Virus record (IMG/VR): IMGVR_UViG_2585427970_000004
From: a virus
Lineage: Duplodnaviria; Heunggongvirae; Uroviricota; Caudoviricetes
Direction: 5' to 3' (one strand)
DNA length: 41,455 nucleotides
The notes below the pieces were generated by a model. The model did not search any database and had not been told where the DNA came from. It saw only the letters and a list, made by a program, of their open reading frames with translations. This document shows positions 1-9,997 of this stretch, in pieces. Each line of letters opens with the position of its first letter. The first letter of the stretch is position 1. Both the position numbers and the translations under genes were made by a program.

Positions 1-774
<774 letters not shown>

Positions 775-1314
775 GTCTTTAAGTGATAAGCATAAACCGC
801 AGCACGATCTTCTTGCATACGACGTGCTACGGTTTTATTTATCTCCGACCGGAAACTTCTTATACAGTGTCGATATACCAACATCATAGATGATCGCCAC
901 CTTCTGGCGAGGAACGCCTGATGCAATTAATCGCCCGGCCTACGCCCATTGTTCTGGTGTAAGTTTGGGACGACGTCCACCAATTCGTCCCTGTGCGCGA
1001 GCAGCTTCCAGTCCAGCTTTTGTTCGTTCAACAATCAGTTCTCGTTCCATTTCAGCCAGGGCACCCATCACATGAAAGAAAAAGCGCCCCATTGGGGTAC
1101 TGGTATCAATTGAATCCGTCAGACTACGAAAGTTGATGCCTCGTTCGCGCAACTCCTCCACCAGCACGACAAGATGCCGCATACTGCGCCCCAGTCGGTC
1201 CAGTTTCCAGACAACCAGAGTGTCACCTGCCGATAATGTCCTGAGCAGTTTTTTCAGTCCCGGCCTTTCGGACTTTGTACCGCTTATCTTGTCTTCAAAA
1301 ATCAGCTCGCATCC

Positions 1315-1339
1315 TGAACCGCCCCGGGTTTCCTGGAGA
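1315..1339. repeat. IS terminal inverted repeat (left)
   Basis: tgaaccgccccgggtttcctggaga; matches the reverse complement of 2600..2624 with 2 mismatches. Confidence 0.8.
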
Positions 1340-1356
1340 GTGTTTTATCTGTGAAC

Positions 1357-2247
1357 TCAGGCTGCCAGATCATCGTTTCCGATGGAAGCATAATAAGCTT
1401 TTTCTGCTTCTGCCGGAGGAGTATGGCCCAGCCTTTCCAGCAATCGTCGATTGTTATACCAGTCCACCCACGTGAGTGTGGCCAGTTCCACTTCTGCACG
1501 GTTTTTCCAGCTCTTACGGTGTATTACCTCCGCTTTGTAAAGACCATTGATGCTCTCCGCCATCGCGTTGTCATACGAGTCGCCTGTACTTCCTGTTGAT
1601 GCCAGTAATCCGGCTTCCTTAAGCCGCTGTGTGTAGGCCAGCGATACATACTGAGAACCTTTATCACTGTGATGGACCGTGCCGGACGGTCGACGGGCCC
1701 ATAACGCCTGCTCCAGTGCATCCAGCACGAATGTCGTTTCCATGGACGATGAGACCCGCCACCCCACGATGTATCCGGCAAACACATCAATGATGAACGC
1801 CACATAGACGAAGCCCCGCCATGTGCTGACGTAAGTAAAATCAGCCACCCACAGCTGGTCAGGTCGTTCTGCCACGAACTGACGGTTTACGCGGTCGCCT
1901 GCGGCAACGGCTTTCCGGCTGATGGTCGTACGGACCTTTTTACCCCGGAGAACACCGGCAAGTCCCATAACCGCCATGAGACGTGCCACAGTGCATCTGG
2001 CCACTCTGATACCTTCCCGTAACAACTGACGCCAGACTTTACGCACACCGTATACCTTGTGATTTTCATCGTATACGCGCTGTATCTCTTTCTTCAGCCA
2101 GTCATCGCGCTGCGCACGGGCACTGCGTTTATCCGGATGATGTCGCTGTTGCTGACAGTGGTAATACGTTGACGGGGCAATATGTAGTTCACTGCATACC
2201 GGTCCGACCCCGTACAGCTTACGCAGCTTATCCAGCAGTGGCATCAC
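1357..2247 (-). CDS. IS3-family transposase OrfB (DDE integrase core), probably expressed as an OrfAB frameshift fusion
   Basis: 296-aa ORF with DDE-type core ([11 protein letters not shown]...HSDKGSQY...[15 protein letters not shown]); overlaps OrfA in the -1 frame at an AAAAAG stretch (2247..2252 on the minus strand). Confidence 0.9.
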   Translation of the reverse strand: MMPLLDKLRKLYGVGPVCSELHIAPSTYYHCQQQRHHPDKRSARAQRDDWLKKEIQRVYDENHKVYGVRKVWRQLLREGIRVARCTVARLMAVMGLAGVLRGKKVRTTISRKAVAAGDRVNRQFVAERPDQLWVADFTYVSTWRGFVYVAFIIDVFAGYIVGWRVSSSMETTFVLDALEQALWARRPSGTVHHSDKGSQYVSLAYTQRLKEAGLLASTGSTGDSYDNAMAESINGLYKAEVIHRKSWKNRAEVELATLTWVDWYNNRRLLERLGHTPPAEAEKAYYASIGNDDLAA

Positions 2248-2570
2248 TTTTTCCAGAGGCGGTCGAACTCCGCCTTCGCAAAATAAGCGGAAGCCTGGCG
2301 AAGGATATCGTTACTGCGGCGCAGTTCACGATTTTCACGTTCCAGCTCTTTCAGACGCTGACGTTCAGCGGTGGTGAGCCCTCCATCACCGCCCCCGGTA
2401 TCCCGCTCATGCTGGCGAACCCAGACACGCAGAGTCTCCGGCGTACAGCCAATCTTTGGAGCAATGGAACAAATTGTCGCCCATTGTGAGTCATATTCGC
2501 TCTGACTTTCCAGAACCATACGGACTGCCCGTTGACGGACTTCGGGGGAAAAACGAGTATTTTTAGTCAT
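2244..2570 (-). CDS. IS3-family transposase OrfA (HTH)
   Basis: 108-aa [53 protein letters not shown]...; leucine-zipper-like C-terminus; recalled as IS629/IS1203-type OrfA. Confidence 0.9.
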   Translation of the reverse strand: MTKNTRFSPEVRQRAVRMVLESQSEYDSQWATICSIAPKIGCTPETLRVWVRQHERDTGGGDGGLTTAERQRLKELERENRELRRSNDILRQASAYFAKAEFDRLWKK

Positions 2571-2599
2571 CCTGTTTACCTCTTTCTCAGGAAGTTTAG

Positions 2600-2624
2600 T
2601 CTCCAGGATTCCCGGGGCGGTTCA
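2600..2624. repeat. IS terminal inverted repeat (right)
   Basis: tctccaggattcccggggcggttca; reverse complement of the left inverted repeat. Confidence 0.8.
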
Positions 2625-2728
2625 TCCTGCACAGTTCAGCGCATTACGTTGTAGATCTGTGTTCTGGTCATTTGTTGACACACGTACATAGCCAATAAGC
2701 ATGGTAGATCTCCCTGACAAAAGCAGGA

Positions 2729-3121
2729 ATGATGCCATTTGCTCGTTATTTCTGCATTTTCATAAACGTTGGTTTGGGAGAAGCGGCTAAAAGGAATGTA
2801 GGGACAGGGGCGAATCAGATACCTGATATGGGTAGCTTCACGCTTTCTGTTTCAGGTACTGGATATCAAAAATTACCATCAGGTTTTATTCTTCAGTGGG
2901 GCTCAATCGGCGCACCAGGCATTGCACAGGATGTAGTAACCCATTTCCCGATTGCATTTCCAAACAGATGTCTGCGTGTTTTGGTCTCACAAGACTACAC
3001 ACCAGATAGCGGGGCTGTTGGTTATATTGCCTGTGCAGGTTTTAGTCCCGACCCGGTTAAATTTATATCCAGAGCCAGTACTCCTGGCCTCGGCGCTTCA
3101 TTTTTAGCGTTAGGCTGTTAA
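2729..3121 (+). CDS. Alternative tail-fibre C-terminal variable segment (silent orientation; expressible only after inversion)
   Basis: Frame is continuous through the crossover site (…INVGLGEA… versus …ENLGLGEG… in the expressed fibre); the ATG at 2729 is probably read-through, functional segment about 2784..3121. Confidence 0.5.
   Translation: MMPFARYFCIFINVGLGEAAKRNVGTGANQIPDMGSFTLSVSGTGYQKLPSGFILQWGSIGAPGIAQDVVTHFPIAFPNRCLRVLVSQDYTPDSGAVGYIACAGFSPDPVKFISRASTPGLGASFLALGC
2758..2783. other. gix/hix-like invertase crossover site (left boundary of the invertible tail-fibre segment)
   Basis: rc = CTTCTCCCAAACCAACGTTTATGAAA; shares 19 of its first 20 positions with 4633..4658; AAACC-N-GGTTT core resembles Gin/Hin recombination sites. 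Confidence 0.6.
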
Positions 3122-3142
3122 TTTAGCTATATGGAGTGAAAA

Positions 3143-3583
3143 ATGAATTACATATATTCCGCGACTACAAACTCTTTCTATCCGCTGGAGATGAAAGAGG
3201 ATTACACTCAAGCTGACTCATGGCCAGATGATGCTGTTGAAGTTGATGAGCAAGTGTATATTGAGTTTTCCGGATTACCGCCGAAAGGAAAAATCCGTAT
3301 CGCTGGAGAAAATGGTTTTCCTGCATGGTCTGAAATTCCACCACCAACATATGAGGAACAGATTGCTGCAGCCGAACTGGAAAAGCAGCAACTGATTAAT
3401 CAGGCCAACGATTATATGAACAGTAAACAATGGCCTGGTAAAGCGGCTATTGGTCGTCTGAAAGGTGAGGAACTGGCGCAATATAATTTGTGGCTGGATT
3501 ATCTGGACGCACTGGAGCTGGTCGATACTTCCGGTGCGCCAGATATTGAATGGCCTACGCCTCCGGCAGTTCAGGCCAGATGA
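3143..3583 (+). CDS. Tail-fibre assembly protein, alternative copy
   Basis: 146-aa ORF directly after the alternative fibre tip; C-terminal motif (LWLDYLDALELVDTSGAPDIEWPTPP) parallels that of the opposing copy (LNAVLDYIDAVTATDTSTVPDVIWPELP). Confidence 0.6.
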   Translation: MNYIYSATTNSFYPLEMKEDYTQADSWPDDAVEVDEQVYIEFSGLPPKGKIRIAGENGFPAWSEIPPPTYEEQIAAAELEKQQLINQANDYMNSKQWPGKAAIGRLKGEELAQYNLWLDYLDALELVDTSGAPDIEWPTPPAVQAR

Positions 3584-4157
3584 CATCCGGCACGGTGCTG
3601 GTATCTGTTGCCGTCACCGCGTCAATGTAATCCAGCACAGCGTTAAGGCGGGTTGTTTCTGCCTGCGTTAGTTTACGTCCGGCCTGCAATTTCAGCTGAA
3701 TCAGACTGATGGAGGCCATTGCAGTATCAATCAGCGACTGGCGCTGTGCTTCTGCTGCATCTACTGCTGCGCCGTGCTGTGCCTCGGTATCCGTCCCCCA
3801 TTTCTCACCATCCCATTTATCGTATGGCGTTAACGGGGCGATAGTGGTTGTATTATCAGGGTAATCACCCGGAGCTGTGATTTCTTTTGATTCCCCTGTT
3901 TCGGTGCTAAAAACGATTTCACCGCGATGGTCTGGCATATATTCCCATGATTTTAAATCTGCTGAACGGCAAATTGTATAACCAGCTTTATGTGTAACTG
4001 GTGCATCTAAACAAGAACATGCCGGGATACCGACGCCAACCGCAAGATATTCAGTTGATGTGGAAATATATTCCCGCGTTTCACCATCATAGTTATAAAC
4101 GGTAATATCCCCTGCCTTTGTAGCAACAAGTCCACTATTTAATATTGCTTTATCCAT
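3555..4157 (-). CDS. Tail-fibre assembly protein (expressed orientation)
   Basis: 200-aa ORF directly downstream of the fibre gene; convergent with its alternative copy. Confidence 0.65.
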   Translation of the reverse strand: MDKAILNSGLVATKAGDITVYNYDGETREYISTSTEYLAVGVGIPACSCLDAPVTHKAGYTICRSADLKSWEYMPDHRGEIVFSTETGESKEITAPGDYPDNTTTIAPLTPYDKWDGEKWGTDTEAQHGAAVDAAEAQRQSLIDTAMASISLIQLKLQAGRKLTQAETTRLNAVLDYIDAVTATDTSTVPDVIWPELPEA

Positions 4158-4936
4158 TATGCTGCTCTCACGATATAGTTAAATGCAATGTTTCTTGGTC
4201 TGTTCTCTGAGGCAGTTGGCACTACTCTTGAAGCATCAAAATTGACTAAATGAGGATTGTTTGGGGTATTTGGAATGATTGTGGTGTTACCTATCGTATT
4301 ACGAAGTGCTGATTGACTTACAAAAACACCACTCGCTGTATTAAAGCTAATAGCCGCATTAGCTTCGGTTTGTCCATTACCAAATGTGCCGGTTATATTA
4401 CGAATAGCATCCCCCTGAGCAGACAGAATTTCGCGCCCCGCGTCAATACCGCGCCCGTCATCCCAACCACGAATAAACTCACCACGTAAATCAGGCAATT
4501 TATTTGTTGGATAAGCCTTTGCCAGTTCCGGGTATTCTTCAGCAGAAAAAACCGCACCGTTGCATTTCAGCCAGCCTGTTGGCGGAGTGGCGGAAGGCCA
4601 CGGAACAGGGACACCAACAGGTAATGCAGAGCCTTCTCCCAAACCAAGGTTTTCGAGAGCCGTTGGTACTGTGCCGTCCGATTTGATATCACCAAACGGA
4701 TTCTTGCGGCTTAACAGCAGCGCACGAAGCGCGGTAAGCAGCTGGTCGTGCCGCGCCTTCTCGAGACTGGCACCGGATGCCTCTACAACGCTGCAAAGCT
4801 CCTCCTGCAACATGTCAAAGTAGTCATCATCCAGATCGGTGGCAGGCGTGCCAGTCTGGGGGTTACCACGGGTAAAACCGTTTTTACCCGCGCCGAACTT
4901 ATCCTTCTGCGCGGTTTTCGTGTCTATACGATGCAT
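4157..4936 (-). CDS. Tail-fibre protein (constant N-terminal part plus current variable C-terminal part)
   Basis: 259-aa ORF; N-terminal region [50 protein letters not shown] typical of Mu/e14-type fibres; contains the crossover site. Confidence 0.7.
   Translation of the reverse strand: MHRIDTKTAQKDKFGAGKNGFTRGNPQTGTPATDLDDDYFDMLQEELCSVVEASGASLEKARHDQLLTALRALLLSRKNPFGDIKSDGTVPTALENLGLGEGSALPVGVPVPWPSATPPTGWLKCNGAVFSAEEYPELAKAYPTNKLPDLRGEFIRGWDDGRGIDAGREILSAQGDAIRNITGTFGNGQTEANAAISFNTASGVFVSQSALRNTIGNTTIIPNTPNNPHLVNFDASRVVPTASENRPRNIAFNYIVRAA
4633..4658. other. gix/hix-like invertase crossover site (right boundary, inside the tail-fibre gene)
   Basis: cttctcccaaaccaaggttttcgaga; inverted relative to 2758..2783; encodes ENLGLGEG at the constant/variable junction of the fibre. 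Confidence 0.6.
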
Positions 4937-4939
4937 GGA

Positions 4940-5524
4940 TTACTCCGGATATTTAAAAATTACGTAGGTATGCGACGGGCAGAGTTTGTTAAGCACGCAC
5001 TCGACAACGGTGTCCCCCCAGATACGCAGTGCGGAATCACAGGGATCGCCACATGTCATCCAGGTGGTGTTGGTGGCGGCTGGCATGTTGACCTGCCAGT
5101 AATACCGCCATTCCGGCGCATTCACTGCATCAGTACAGGCCGATGAGCAGGTGAACGTGCTTTTATCGTATCGCGTGATGGTGGCGTCTGGTCTGCCCAG
5201 GGCAGCAAGCTGTGCAAGGTAAAAATCCTCATTGATGCCGCCCGCCAGATTAACCTTCGCATCCAGCCGTTGCTGACGCTGGCGAAGGGTCTGTGTCCCT
5301 GCGGGAATACATTCATCCGGCAGGCCGCACAGACGCTCCCAGCGATTTATCAGTTCGGTGGTGGTGCGCGGATCCAGCTCCCGCATCAGGGCATCTGCAC
5401 GCTGATGAACGCGGGTTAATGACGGTGCTGCACCGGCAATCGCCGGATCGCTGGCTGACCACGCCGGACCAGGGGGCAGCAGTGCCGACAACAGACGGAT
5501 GTAATCATCGTTTGTCACGTCCAT
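4940..5524 (-). CDS. Mu gp48-like tail protein (DUF2313/YmfQ-like)
   Basis: 194 aa; position between baseplate J and the tail fibre; sequence recalled as YmfQ-like. Confidence 0.55.
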   Translation of the reverse strand: MDVTNDDYIRLLSALLPPGPAWSASDPAIAGAAPSLTRVHQRADALMRELDPRTTTELINRWERLCGLPDECIPAGTQTLRQRQQRLDAKVNLAGGINEDFYLAQLAALGRPDATITRYDKSTFTCSSACTDAVNAPEWRYYWQVNMPAATNTTWMTCGDPCDSALRIWGDTVVECVLNKLCPSHTYVIFKYPE

Positions 5525-6573
5525 GAAATCGTCCCCAGAACCGCCAGTTCATTTTTCGCAATGGTGATATTGTCCGCCGGGGCAAGCAACTGATGGCTGT
5601 ATTCCCCGTTCGCACCGGAAATCGCTTCACTGATACGCGATACCTTCAGCTCTCCCTGCGGATAACCATCACGCAGCAGGAATGAACGCAACTCCGCGGT
5701 GATGGCAGCCCGTATTTCCGGTGTGTCCGGCGTCACGTGGATATGAAAATCCACTTTATGCGCCACCGGCCTGAACACATACAAATCAGAGCCTGCCACC
5801 GGGGCCAGTGGCCCGATATGTTGCCTTGCCGCCGTTTCCGTTGATTCTTCCGGAATGGGATTAATCAGGTCACTGCTGGCAATCATCACACCGACAGTTC
5901 CCGTTCCCATCCAGTGACGGTATGTCCATGCGCGGGTAATGCCGGGCACTTCTTTAGCCCAGACGACATAGTCCCCGTCAGCCCCGCCCTGCGGCGTCCA
6001 GTAATACCGCTCAATGACGCGGGCGCGCCACGTTTCCAGATCTTCAGTATCGAATCCGCCAGTCAGGGTATCTGCCACACCGGAAGACGGCAGACCATTC
6101 ACCGGCGTGACCAGGATTAATGCCATACCGTCGTCAGCGTTACCGACCGCGCCTGCAGTTGAGCAGGCGATCGGCACGCGCAGGACACCACCGGAGCTGG
6201 TTGCATCAGAAGTTGCCGTGTACTGAACCAGGTCATCGCGCTGAATAACACTCCCGGCGGTCACCTTCAGGCCATCGCTGACACCTTCCCAGCGCATATA
6301 CCCGCTGGCAGACGTGGCCCCCTTGCGCGGACACCGTTTCATCGCAGCATGTCGCGCCAGCCAGGACACATCGCACAGGTCAGGCAGCATGTTCATTGCC
6401 AGATAATCGATGTAACCGTAAACCGTATGCAGCGCCGCCGCATACACCTTTGCCCGCACGTCTTCATCCATGCGCCGGAGCGTGTCGCTGACGTCCAGCC
6501 TGGCGAATAAATCGTTACGGAGCATACTGATATTTTCTGCCAGCGTCGGGCGCTGAAATTCACTGTCCGCCAT
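5515..6573 (-). CDS. Baseplate J-like protein (Mu gp47-like)
   Basis: 352 aa; conserved position in the Mu-like baseplate gene order. Confidence 0.65.
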   Translation of the reverse strand: MADSEFQRPTLAENISMLRNDLFARLDVSDTLRRMDEDVRAKVYAAALHTVYGYIDYLAMNMLPDLCDVSWLARHAAMKRCPRKGATSASGYMRWEGVSDGLKVTAGSVIQRDDLVQYTATSDATSSGGVLRVPIACSTAGAVGNADDGMALILVTPVNGLPSSGVADTLTGGFDTEDLETWRARVIERYYWTPQGGADGDYVVWAKEVPGITRAWTYRHWMGTGTVGVMIASSDLINPIPEESTETAARQHIGPLAPVAGSDLYVFRPVAHKVDFHIHVTPDTPEIRAAITAELRSFLLRDGYPQGELKVSRISEAISGANGEYSHQLLAPADNITIAKNELAVLGTISWT

Positions 6574-6988
6574 GCGTTATCGCACTCCACAGATCATCAA
6601 AAGAAATCATTACCGGTCCGTCACGACGCCAGAGAGTGATACTATTACCCAGTTCATTAATCCCGGTGCGGCGGATATCCAGATCAATACGGGACACCAC
6701 GCCGTCATCAATCATCCATTGCAGGCATTCGCGGATATACCCCCTTACCGTCTGCACCAGCTGATTGGTCAGTTTGCTGCGCTGAAGCAGCCACAGTCGG
6801 GAGCCGTAACGGTCATTCTGTACCGCAGGCCAGGTATCCCCCCACCATCCCATCGGGACGCCGGCGTTGTCATCAGGCTCCGCCCGCCGCCAGGTAAACA
6901 GGGAAATCACCACGGCGCGGGTCAGCGGATCCAGCGGTGCGCTGGCGCAGGTGCGTTTACCGTTCACCGTCAGCCACAGTTCCATCAT
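6560..6988 (-). CDS. Mu gp46-like baseplate protein
   Basis: 142 aa; ATG at 6988; synteny. Confidence 0.5.
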   Translation of the reverse strand: MMELWLTVNGKRTCASAPLDPLTRAVVISLFTWRRAEPDDNAGVPMGWWGDTWPAVQNDRYGSRLWLLQRSKLTNQLVQTVRGYIRECLQWMIDDGVVSRIDLDIRRTGINELGNSITLWRRDGPVMISFDDLWSAITHGGQ

Positions 6989-7533
6989 GCCTCCATCGCT
7001 TTATCAGGTTTGTCGGTGTTACTGCCCTGACCGTTCTCTCTGTGACGATGCCCGTTATAGGCAAGCCGCATCGCTGACATGGTGGTGCCGCTGGAGTCGC
7101 ACAGGTCTTTCACCTGTCCTGTCACTTCTAGGTCCATTTCAAAACGTGCTTTAGGTGAATTGCGAAACGTGATCGTTTTACCTGCACCGTCCACCACGAT
7201 CCCCTCCCGGGTCAGCGTCACGGACTGCCCCTGATCGTCATAGACCGCCACCTCACCCGTCTGCAGCCCTTTCAGGCGGTAGCGCCGGTCCGACACCGTA
7301 ACAACCACCGCATGAGAACGGTCGCCATCCGGAAACAACACCACCGCTTCCGCACCGCTGTTTGCCCTTGCGGTAAAACCGTAGGGTTCAAGATGTTCAA
7401 CCCCGGCTTTGGGTTCACCGGCAATCAGGGACACATCCACGGTCTGACATTTCGTGGCGGCACTGATGCTTTTCACCACTGCCCGCCCAATCAGGCCGAG
7501 GAGTTGTCGCTGCATGGCTTCAATCGTCCTCAT
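6985..7533 (-). CDS. Baseplate assembly/spike protein (gpV-like, Mu gp45-like)
   Basis: 182 aa; synteny. Confidence 0.5.
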   Translation of the reverse strand: MRTIEAMQRQLLGLIGRAVVKSISAATKCQTVDVSLIAGEPKAGVEHLEPYGFTARANSGAEAVVLFPDGDRSHAVVVTVSDRRYRLKGLQTGEVAVYDDQGQSVTLTREGIVVDGAGKTITFRNSPKARFEMDLEVTGQVKDLCDSSGTTMSAMRLAYNGHRHRENGQGSNTDKPDKAMEA

Positions 7534-8612
7534 CAGAACGGGTCCTCCTGTACTCTGGCTTTTTTCTTTTTCCGCGCGCCGGGATCTTCGGGTTCAGGCA
7601 GATAAGCATCAGGCGGGCCGACACGGATTTCCGTCAGGGTGCCGTTCTGGTCCTGAGTAAACGTGACTTCCGAAACAAGCAGTTCGGTATTGTCGAAACC
7701 ACAGACCGGATCAAAGACAATCACCCGCTGGTTGGGCTGCCACAGCGTACCGTTACCCTGTCGCCAGCCCTGCACCACATAGGTGGTTTCATCCGTCCGC
7801 GCCGCCCGTTGCCGGGCTTCAAAGTCAGCACGCGCAATACAGCCTGCCCCCGTAGCCTGCCCTGTCTGCCTGATATACATCGGACGGTAACGGGCAATAA
7901 ATGCGTCCTCTGTGCGGGCCCGCAGCGCGGTGGTGGTGGCCTCACCGAAATCATCGTCGTTTCCGGCACGCTGCCCCGCCACCTGGTAAACAGAAAACCG
8001 CTCCCGGATACTCTTCTCCGTATCGCAGGAAAGGATGTTTTCCCCGAGTACCAGCGCGGTATGTGCCCGCGTTGAGCCAATACCGCCAATCACCAGCCTG
8101 CCGTGCGGGTCGTCGTAAGCCAGTGCCTGCTGCTGACCGAGTATTTTGTTGATTACCTCAATCACCGTTTCACCGTGATCAGGCTGAACATCAGGAATAA
8201 CACCCGACGGCGCACCGCTGTTCACCACCTCAATGCCGAAAGGCGCAGCAAGCGCCTGCGCAATCTGTACCAGCGATCGTCCGTTAAACTGTGTCGGTTC
8301 GGCTGCACAGTCAATCAGGTCAGCGGTCAGACTGCGTCCGGCAATACCGGTGCTGACCGAACGGGCATCGTAACGAACGGGAGTCGCCTCCACCCAGCCG
8401 GTGATCACCAGCTCATCACCAATCAGCACTTCCACTTTTGAACCGTTTTTAATGCGCGGCTGAAGCGTGGTGATACCCTCATCTCCCGGCCACTGGCGAG
8501 TGATCTCCACACTGAAATCCCGCGCCAGCCGTTCAATACCGGCACCGATGCGCACCGATGTCCAGCCATTCCACTCCCGGCCATTTACCCGTAGCGTGAC
8601 ATTGTCGTTCAT
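7533..8612 (-). CDS. Tail protein (Mu P / P2 gpD-like)
   Basis: 359 aa; synteny downstream of the DNA-circulation-like protein. Confidence 0.5.
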   Translation of the reverse strand: MNDNVTLRVNGREWNGWTSVRIGAGIERLARDFSVEITRQWPGDEGITTLQPRIKNGSKVEVLIGDELVITGWVEATPVRYDARSVSTGIAGRSLTADLIDCAAEPTQFNGRSLVQIAQALAAPFGIEVVNSGAPSGVIPDVQPDHGETVIEVINKILGQQQALAYDDPHGRLVIGGIGSTRAHTALVLGENILSCDTEKSIRERFSVYQVAGQRAGNDDDFGEATTTALRARTEDAFIARYRPMYIRQTGQATGAGCIARADFEARQRAARTDETTYVVQGWRQGNGTLWQPNQRVIVFDPVCGFDNTELLVSEVTFTQDQNGTLTEIRVGPPDAYLPEPEDPGARKKKKARVQEDPF

Positions 8613-9937
8613 TGCACTGGCACCTTCAGAGGGATCACCGGCACAAAGCCGGGATGCGTAATGGCATTACGCCGGATAATGTCCGCGTCACGCGCCGCGT
8701 TATCAAACCAGGTCGCCGCCAGCACCAGCGCGGGTAAAACCTCATCCGGTGTGCGCTGAATGATCCGTGCAGACTGTTCAAGGCGCGTGTTGATATCCGC
8801 ATTCAGATCTGCTTTCACCCGGCGCAGCGCCAGAAACAGCGCATCACTGGTTGTACGGGACAACTCCTTATCAATTGCCGTATTCAGTGTGTCGCGAATG
8901 TCAGTCAGTTCTTCCCACGTCGGCAGGTCAACCGTGTTTTTCACCGCCGGTACATTGTTTAGTGCCGGATGCGTGACGGAAGGCCAGCCAGTGCTCTGCG
9001 CGGGTGTTGTTGCCTGCCCCACTGCGGAATTCTGCATCACCGCGGAAATTGTTGGCGCAGGCAATCGGGTGACGGTATACGCCGCTTCGCTGATTGCGGT
9101 CGTACGAAGGGTGCTGGCAACCACGTTACGCTGCTGCGTCGCCGTGGCGGTGGTTTTACTGTCCGTTTTCCAGACGCCGCGCGGTTGCAGATCGCTGCCG
9201 AGGCTGACACCGGAAAGCGTTTTGATCATGGTGACCAGGTCGCTGGCGTTACCATAAAGGCGTTTCCCGGTACGCCACATTTTCTGCACCTGCTCAACGA
9301 AATTTTTGCCTGACGATGGCGGCGGCAGAAGTACCGAGATATCCCCCTGCAACAGCCTGGCGGCATCCGATACGGCAGAATCCACCACTTTCATCGCATC
9401 AGAAACATACCCCAGCATCATGCTGGCATTACCGATAACGTCGTTCTGCACGAAATCCGCCACACCATCGATACTGAAACCGCTGAAGCTGTCACTGATG
9501 CAGTCATCCAGTGCAGAACAGGATGACATCAGCGTCTGCGCCGTCGCCGCACCTGATGTGGGGTAAGAGAGTTCTCCCGCTTCGACAAACTTCAGGTCAA
9601 AGCGGACAATACGCCCTTCACTCTTCGATGTGCTGACCCGAACCTCTCCGTCAACACAGACTTTCAGCTCACCGTAAGTCGGATGGACAAGCGTGCCGGG
9701 ACCGGGTTTATTCAGCGCGTCAATCAGACGATCGCGCTGGTCAAAGCAGTCATCTCCCACCACATAAGCCGTGATGGACGGGCGGAAAGTGATTTTCCCC
9801 AGGTCTTCAGTATAGGGTTTGTCGCGGTTCGGGTATTCGTGCGTTTCCACACGACGACCGGTTCCCGCACTTTCTTCTTCAACCTTAAACGGCACACCGC
9901 GAAATGACGCGTCCTGAAGTCTGTCTTTCCACGTCAT
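8609..9937 (-). CDS. Mu N-like (DNA circulation N-terminal domain) tail protein
   Basis: Likely start at ATG 9937 (MTWKDRLQDASFRGVPFKVEEES…) with GGAG RBS rather than the ORF-track start at 9979; synteny after the tape measure gene. Confidence 0.55.
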   Translation of the reverse strand: MTWKDRLQDASFRGVPFKVEEESAGTGRRVETHEYPNRDKPYTEDLGKITFRPSITAYVVGDDCFDQRDRLIDALNKPGPGTLVHPTYGELKVCVDGEVRVSTSKSEGRIVRFDLKFVEAGELSYPTSGAATAQTLMSSCSALDDCISDSFSGFSIDGVADFVQNDVIGNASMMLGYVSDAMKVVDSAVSDAARLLQGDISVLLPPPSSGKNFVEQVQKMWRTGKRLYGNASDLVTMIKTLSGVSLGSDLQPRGVWKTDSKTTATATQQRNVVASTLRTTAISEAAYTVTRLPAPTISAVMQNSAVGQATTPAQSTGWPSVTHPALNNVPAVKNTVDLPTWEELTDIRDTLNTAIDKELSRTTSDALFLALRRVKADLNADINTRLEQSARIIQRTPDEVLPALVLAATWFDNAARDADIIRRNAITHPGFVPVIPLKVPVQ

Positions 9938-9950
9938 ATAAACTCCGTAC

Positions 9951-9974
9951 ATAAAAAATCCCACCGGAGTGGGA
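9951..9974 (-). terminator. Hairpin plus T-tract between the tape measure and N-like genes (possible partial terminator)
   Basis: Minus strand TCCCAC-TCCG-GTGGGA followed by TTTTTTAT. Confidence 0.3.
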
Positions 9975-9997
9975 CTCATTAACAGATTAATTTTTCA

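Larger units (their letters stand above)
1315..2624 (-). mobile_element. IS3-family insertion sequence, IS629-like, 1310 bp, apparently intact
   Basis: Terminal inverted repeats TGAACCGCCCCGGG(TT/AA)TCCTGGAGA at both ends (5'-TG...CA-3'); two overlapping transposase ORFs; flanked by 3-bp direct repeat TCC (1312..1314 and 2625..2627). Confidence 0.85.
835..2702 (-). pseudogene. Pin/Gin/Hin-family serine DNA invertase, disrupted by IS insertion and an in-frame amber codon
   Basis: Minus-strand ATG at 2702 with AGGGAG RBS; rc of 2625..2702 encodes MLIGYVRVSTNDQNTDLQRNALNCAG, continuing after the IS as CELIFEDKISG...VVWKLDRLGRSMRHL...GRIGGRRPKLTPEQWA then TAG (940..942), then AGRLIASGVPRQKVAIIYDVGISTLYKKFPVGDK and TAA at 835..837; colinear with Gin/Pin as I recall them. 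Confidence 0.8.

Noticed and set aside
890-1475. Plus-strand ORFs across the invertase/IS junction (890..1075, 1133..1354, 1275..1475)
   Set aside because: They are antisense to the invertase remnant or span the IS terminal repeat, with no coding support.
2729-2783. ATG at 2729 as a genuine start for the alternative fibre ORF
   Set aside because: It lies 26 nt from the divergent invertase start with no RBS; the frame is better explained as the promoterless variable segment that becomes expressed only after inversion.
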